Assembly (NCBI GenBank): GCA_964504055.1
Contig: CAZDCU010000010.1
Coordinates: 8,568 to 28,048, forward strand
Direction of reading: 5' to 3'
Length of the DNA stretch: 19,481 nucleotides
DNA from: an uncultured Methanomassiliicoccales archaeon
GTDB lineage: Archaea; Thermoplasmatota; Thermoplasmata; Methanomassiliicoccales; Methanomethylophilaceae
The notes under the pieces were generated by a model. It did not search any database and was not told the DNA's origin. It saw only the letters and a program-made list of their open reading frames with translations. The position numbers and the translations under genes are program-made. Shown here in pieces: positions 15,204-19,481 of the stretch (position 1 is its first letter; every line of letters begins with the position of its first letter).

Positions 15204-16169
15204 ATGGGTCAGAATGTCGATAAGCTGGTTGAAGAGATTAAGAATTCACAGGTCCGCGGAGCTACAACCATCGCCATCCGTGTGACGGAGGCACTGGTTT
15301 CCGATGCAGAAGCCTACATGAATTCCGATGATAGAGATGACGACCTGAAATATCATACTCAGGAATGGGGTTTCCAGCTGATTGAGTCCCGTCCGTCACA
15401 GATTACTTTGAGAAATTCCGTCAAAAGCATTCTCAGAGGTATTGAGAAGATCGATGACGATAACGATGAGAAAACATTCGAGGTTCTGAAGAGCAATGCC
15501 GATGCATTCGTTAAAGTTGCAGAGAAAGCTTCTGAAAAAATCGCATTCCTCGGAGCGAATATCATCTGCGACGGAGACACGGTTCTGACAAACAGCCACA
15601 GTGCGTTGGTTGTGGGGATTCTCAATGAAGCAGTCAACAAAATGGGAAAGGATGTACGTGTTATAGTCACCGAAACACGTCCGAAATACCAGGGAATCAA
15701 AATGGTGAACGAACTCGTAAATCTCGGAATAAAGACCACACTGATTGTAGACGGGGCCGTAAACCATGTGATGCCCGAAGTGGATTTGGTCATTGTCGGT
15801 GCGGATACAGTAAGCTCCGACGGTTCCGTTATTTCGAAAATCGGTGTTTCTCAGATTGCTCTTTCCGCTCATGAATGGAAAGTTCCGTTTTATGTTGCGG
15901 CACCTACCTTCAAATTTTCCGAAGAGACGCTTTCAGGCGTTATGATCGCTCTCGAAGAGGGAAAAGCCGAGGATGTCGTCAAAAGAAGCACAGTCGGAGA
16001 TTACGGTCTTCTGGAGAATCATTCGGATGACGGACTGTTCGAGATAAGAAATCCCTCATTCGATGCGACAAGGGCGGAATTCGTACGCGGCGTGATCACC
16101 GAACTGTACATTATGTCTCCGTATTCGATCGGAGAATTTCTCGCACGCCGTTCCGGATTCATTGACTGA
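15204..16169 (+). CDS. eIF-2B alpha/beta/delta family protein (aIF-2BII / ribose-1,5-bisphosphate isomerase-like)
   Basis: MGQNVDKLVEEIKNSQVRGATTIA..., VRVIVTETRPKYQGIKM..., VIVGADTVSSDGSVISKIGVSQIALSAHEWKVPFYVAAPTFKFS are family hallmarks. The ATG at 15204 is preceded by AGGTGA and lies 4 nt after the TIR gene stop. The ORF-track start at 15147 lies inside the TIR gene and is probably an over-extension. Confidence 0.88.
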   Translation: MGQNVDKLVEEIKNSQVRGATTIAIRVTEALVSDAEAYMNSDDRDDDLKYHTQEWGFQLIESRPSQITLRNSVKSILRGIEKIDDDNDEKTFEVLKSNADAFVKVAEKASEKIAFLGANIICDGDTVLTNSHSALVVGILNEAVNKMGKDVRVIVTETRPKYQGIKMVNELVNLGIKTTLIVDGAVNHVMPEVDLVIVGADTVSSDGSVISKIGVSQIALSAHEWKVPFYVAAPTFKFSEETLSGVMIALEEGKAEDVVKRSTVGDYGLLENHSDDGLFEIRNPSFDATRAEFVRGVITELYIMSPYSIGEFLARRSGFID

Positions 16170-16818
16170 GTTCGGAATCGATAATCGGTATGAGATCGGC
16201 AAGATTATTCAGAATCCATGTGCCGTTCTGTTTCATCATACTGTCTGCAGGCGTAAGGTCGGGTACGACGGCCACTCTGCACCCCGCTGCGTGAGCCGAT
16301 AGCACTCCGTTGGGGGAATCTTCGACTGCGATGCAGTCGCAGGGAGCTTCGCCGATTTTATCGGATGCGTAGAGATACACATCCGGCGCAGGCTTACCGT
16401 TTTCAACCATATGCGCTGAAATCAACGAATTCAGTTTTGTATCGAGGCCGATTATTCTCATGTAATTCATCGCACGGTCGTACTGTGTCGATGTTACCAC
16501 AGCGATTTTTATTCCCTTATCTGTGAGATAATCAATCAGTTCGTACGCACCGGTTTTGACGGGCATTCCGTTTTCTTCTACGTAGTTGCGCATCATTTCT
16601 CTGCGGCGGTCGCGTATTTTGAAGAAATCGAAGGATTCTCCGTACTTACTGCGGTAAACTCTGCTGCATGTTTCGGGATCGTTGCTTCTGAGCGAAAGAA
16701 TGTCTGCAGGATCCACTTCGAAACCGAATTCCCTGCATGTTTCAATCATAAAATCGAGGTTGAGTCTCTCTGAATCTATCAGTGTCCCGTCCATGTCGAA
16801 GAGAACCGCTTTAATCAT
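16159..16818 (-). CDS. HAD-superfamily hydrolase, subfamily IA (beta-phosphoglucomutase/phosphatase-like), paralog 1
   Basis: 219 aa with the HAD motif I LFDMDGTLIDSE, then VVTS, GKPAPDVY and VEDSPNGV. The start overlaps the upstream kinase stop (ATGA at 16815-16818). The 3-prime end overlaps the convergent eIF-2B-family gene by 11 nt. Confidence 0.9.
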   Translation of the reverse strand: MIKAVLFDMDGTLIDSERLNLDFMIETCREFGFEVDPADILSLRSNDPETCSRVYRSKYGESFDFFKIRDRRREMMRNYVEENGMPVKTGAYELIDYLTDKGIKIAVVTSTQYDRAMNYMRIIGLDTKLNSLISAHMVENGKPAPDVYLYASDKIGEAPCDCIAVEDSPNGVLSAHAAGCRVAVVPDLTPADSMMKQNGTWILNNLADLIPIIDSELSQ

Positions 16819-17411
16819 GAGTCCGACCCCTCAAGAAGGATGTTGATGTCCGTAAAAAGTTTTGTGTAGTCGATCGATTCAAGATCGGTCGTATCGAGTG
16901 TTATGCTTCTGCCGATACAGAACGAACCCATTCCGCGTTCTTCATAGCCTTTAAACGATTCTCTTGTGGCAACAGCCGTTTTTTCTTTTACATCGCCTTC
17001 CGGATACCTTGTGCTTACGGCATGTCCGCGGTGTCTTTCCGATGACTGATTGCGCCGGTTGAATCTTTCGATGAATGTGTCCGTATCTCCTTTCAACATT
17101 ACCGTGACAGCAGAATAACCGTATTTTTCAAGAAGATCTTCGATTTCCCTGCCGGTATTTTTCTCGAAATTATTGTCGAGGATGAACGGTACCTTGTTTG
17201 ACATAAGCATCTCGGCGATGTAGTACATCGTATACGTACCCGCTCTGTCGAGTTTTCTTTTGGATTCGTAGCAATCAAAGCCGATATTATCGAAAAGAAT
17301 CTCTTTGAGACGGTCTTTGGAGAGAATCGGGAATCCGAACATCTCAGACAGATGTTTTGCAACGGTGGATTTACCGGATGCCGGCAGTCCCGATAACAGA
17401 ATACATTTCAT
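16815..17411 (-). CDS. P-loop kinase / NTPase (AAA_33-like, small-molecule kinase family)
   Basis: 198 aa with Walker A LLSGLPASGKST at the N-terminus. Size and layout resemble small nucleotide/metabolite kinases. It appears translationally coupled to the downstream HAD gene. Confidence 0.75.
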   Translation of the reverse strand: MKCILLSGLPASGKSTVAKHLSEMFGFPILSKDRLKEILFDNIGFDCYESKRKLDRAGTYTMYYIAEMLMSNKVPFILDNNFEKNTGREIEDLLEKYGYSAVTVMLKGDTDTFIERFNRRNQSSERHRGHAVSTRYPEGDVKEKTAVATRESFKGYEERGMGSFCIGRSITLDTTDLESIDYTKLFTDINILLEGSDS

Positions 17412-17803
17412 CTCAGATTCCTCGGTTACGGTGTCTGGGTTGCTCAGACGGATGGTGGATACGTCTCGGCTCTGATAATAATATCGCCGTAAACAATATA
17501 TTCGGAAGATTACTTTTAGGAATAACTAAATTTATCGTATCGGAAACACATCCGCAGAAACGGAAGTTTGCCGAATGATAAAAAATCGAGAAAGAATCAT
17601 TTTCTGAATATCGTTACAGATTTCGACAGAAACAATACATACATCTAAAGCGAAGGCATAAACAATGATTTCGGAGTGTATGACGGCCCCGATGAATTAC
17701 TGAAAGAACATCATCAGAATATGTCTTCCCCGAAGGCATTTGTTTACCGCAACATCGGAAGACATCTTATGAACAGGAATGTGAAGAAAATCAGAAACAG
17801 AAA

Positions 17804-18463
17804 TCACTGATTTATTTCCGATTCGATTATCGGTATGAGTTCGGAAAGATCGTTCAGAATCCATTTTCCGTTCTTTTTCATCATTTCATCTGCAGGTGTG
17901 AGATCGGGAACAACGGCTACGTTGCACCCTGCGGAATATGCGGACTGCACTCCGTTCGGTGAGTCTTCTACGGCGATACAGTTGACAGGAATTTCACCGA
18001 CTTTTTCAGAAGCGTAAAGATACACATCCGGCGCAGGCTTACCGTTTTTCACCATTGCTGCGGAAATAACATAATCGAATCTTCCGTCGAGACCGATTAT
18101 TTTCATATAATCCACGGCACGCTCGTACCGATTGGATGTGACAACGGCAGTCTTGATATCGGTATCTTCAAGAAAATCCATCAGTTCGTACACTCCGGGT
18201 TTTGCCTGCAGCCCTTCGGTTTCGACATAATTCCGCATTTTCTCTCTGCGGCTGTCGCGTATTCTGAAAAAATCGAAGTCTTCGCCGTACTTACTGCGGT
18301 AGAATTTACTGCAGCCTTCGGGAGATACGCTTCTCATTGAAAGAACATCCTCACGGTCGACATCGAAACCGAATTCTCTGCATGTTTCGATTGTAAAATC
18401 AAGATTCGGTCTTTCGGAATCGACGAGTGTTCCGTCCATGTCGAAGAGGATTGCTCTGATCAT
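17804..18463 (-). CDS. HAD-superfamily hydrolase, subfamily IA, paralog 2
   Basis: 219 aa, collinear with paralog 1 with no gaps and roughly two-thirds identical by eye (LFDMDGTLVDSE, GKPAPDVYLYAS, AVEDSPNGV, VAVVPDLTPAD). Confidence 0.9.
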   Translation of the reverse strand: MIRAILFDMDGTLVDSERPNLDFTIETCREFGFDVDREDVLSMRSVSPEGCSKFYRSKYGEDFDFFRIRDSRREKMRNYVETEGLQAKPGVYELMDFLEDTDIKTAVVTSNRYERAVDYMKIIGLDGRFDYVISAAMVKNGKPAPDVYLYASEKVGEIPVNCIAVEDSPNGVQSAYSAGCNVAVVPDLTPADEMMKKNGKWILNDLSELIPIIESEINQ

Positions 18464-18491
18464 GTTGTTTTTCTCTGTAGATGAAAATAAT

Positions 18492-18513
18492 GCAGGGGAG
18501 TTGTCTCCCCTGC
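18492..18513 (-). terminator. Perfect 9-bp hairpin followed by a T-run, downstream of the surface-protein gene
   Basis: GCAGGGGAG (18492-18500), loop TTGT, CTCCCCTGC (18505-18513). On the minus strand the hairpin is followed by ATTATTTTCAT. It lies between the stop at 18528 and the HAD paralog 2 start at 18463. Confidence 0.5.
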
Positions 18514-18527
18514 GGTGTTAAGCTGTT

Positions 18528-19481
18528 TTACATCTTCCTGATGACTGCAAAGTACGCTACAGAAAGGATAAGTACTGCGACTGCCGCAATCAGGCTGCAT
18601 TTTGATGTTTCCGAATCGGATGCAGGTGCATCCGAGACCGTGACAGTAAACAGCGAATTGTGATTCGATGTAAACGTCACATAACCTTCTTCCGAGTTGT
18701 AACTGACATTGCTTACACCTTCGGAAGAACCGTCGCAGAGTACCGTTGCTTTACCGAATCCTTTCTGACAGGGAAGTTTCACGTTAAAGTCTGAAATTCC
18801 GTCGGTTTCGATATCGTACGCGGTTACATTTTCAGCGGTTTTTGCGGTATTCAGAGTAACCGAAACGGTTTTTCCGCCGAGATTTTCTCCCTTGGCAAAC
18901 GTAAGAGTGTATTCTGATTTTCCTTCTTTCAGAATAACTTCGATACTGTCTGTCGTTGTGTTGTCCGCGGCAAATCTGTATGAATTACTTTCGGATGAGA
19001 TCGTACCTTCGGTTGCTTCCCATACTGCGTAGAGTGCGGTATTTCCGGTAATCGGTATCGATTCTGTCGTGATTGTTTTTCCGTCGGCTGTAAGCGACCA
19101 GCCTGCGAAATGCATTCCTTTGGGTGCAGTGAATCCGCATTTGGGAAGATCGTAACCGTTCAGAGCGATTGTGTCGCTCATGGAACCTTCTGCATTCTCA
19201 TTGTTTTTGTTGAATGTTACCGTCGAACAGAGGCTGACAATTTCTTCAACAGTACTGATTGAAGCTGTTTCATCACTGATGGTGATATTCGAGCTGCTGT
19301 CGCAGGTTACGACGTAATCTGTGTTCTTGACAACTATGCGGAAGTTGGCACTGTTCAGACTGCTGTTGACTGAAGGATCGTCGAATGTGTTATTGTTTTT
19401 CATTGCGTTGACAACATCGCTGATTGCGACGGCGACCGTCTTCGGTACGATTGTAAGTACGTTTTCGAGGATTTTTTCATC
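18528..19481 (-). CDS. Surface protein with a Listeria-Bacteroides repeat (Flg_new-type) domain and a C-terminal TM anchor (partial; N-terminus probably beyond right edge)
   Basis: GYDLPKCGFTAPKGMHFAGWSLTADGKTITTESIPITGNTALYAVWEA fits the G(Y/F)xFxGW...LYAxW repeat. The protein is Ser/Thr/Asn-rich and probably extracellular. It ends with the hydrophobic helix LIAAVAVLILSVAYFAVI followed by RKM. The frame stays open upstream of the ORF-track ATG (19403) to the window end. Confidence 0.75.
   Translation of the reverse strand, partial: DEKILENVLTIVPKTVAVAISDVVNAMKNNNTFDDPSVNSSLNSANFRIVVKNTDYVVTCDSSSNITISDETASISTVEEIVSLCSTVTFNKNNENAEGSMSDTIALNGYDLPKCGFTAPKGMHFAGWSLTADGKTITTESIPITGNTALYAVWEATEGTISSESNSYRFAADNTTTDSIEVILKEGKSEYTLTFAKGENLGGKTVSVTLNTAKTAENVTAYDIETDGISDFNVKLPCQKGFGKATVLCDGSSEGVSNVSYNSEEGYVTFTSNHNSLFTVTVSDAPASDSETSKCSLIAAVAVLILSVAYFAVIRKM

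Noticed and set aside
11821-16169. Defence cluster as part of a recognisable mobile island
   Set aside because: I see no integrase, transposase, tRNA attachment site or flanking direct/inverted repeats. GC content sampled by eye (about 42-45 percent) is not obviously different from the flanks. This cannot be excluded without a computed composition profile and comparison with related genomes.
1-19481. CRISPR arrays, tRNA/rRNA genes, riboswitch-like leaders
   Set aside because: No regularly spaced repeats, cloverleaf-compatible segments or rRNA-like stretches were seen. Non-coding space is small apart from 17412-17803, which shows no convincing structure by eye. A covariance-model scan would be needed for certainty.

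Overview
All calls below come from reading the supplied translations and the DNA by eye. No database search was run.

The window looks archaeal. It has TATA/BRE-like promoters about 25 nt upstream of start codons, several apparently leaderless first genes, Shine-Dalgarno-like GGTGA/GAGGTG motifs before internal operon genes, and an eIF-2B-family gene. A surface protein with a Listeria-Bacteroides repeat makes a host-associated Thermoplasmata/Methanomassiliicoccales-like genome a tentative guess.

Gene content from left to right:
- trkH (partial) and trkA on the minus strand
- hisD
- a LOG-family gene
- a six-gene hyf/hyc-syntenic membrane complex (4227-11472)
- a universal stress protein
- a tight co-directional block (about 11.9-16.2 kb) encoding a tandem-RyR-repeat protein, a 651-aa SLOG-like protein with four or more TM helices, a TIR-domain protein and an eIF-2B-family protein
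- two paralogous HAD hydrolases flanking a P-loop kinase
- a partial surface protein with a C-terminal anchor

Two things stand out:
1. The RyR / SLOG-TM / TIR cluster has the sensor, signal-generator and effector logic of Thoeris-like abortive-infection systems. Its domain combination does not match any named system I know, and it sits in an archaeal context.
2. The hyf-like complex has a catalytic-subunit homolog in which all four NiFe-ligating cysteines are substituted, while the Fe-S subunits are intact and fused. This points to an Ehr-type, hydrogenase-derived ion pump with unknown substrates.

I found no rRNA, tRNA, CRISPR array, integrase or transposase.
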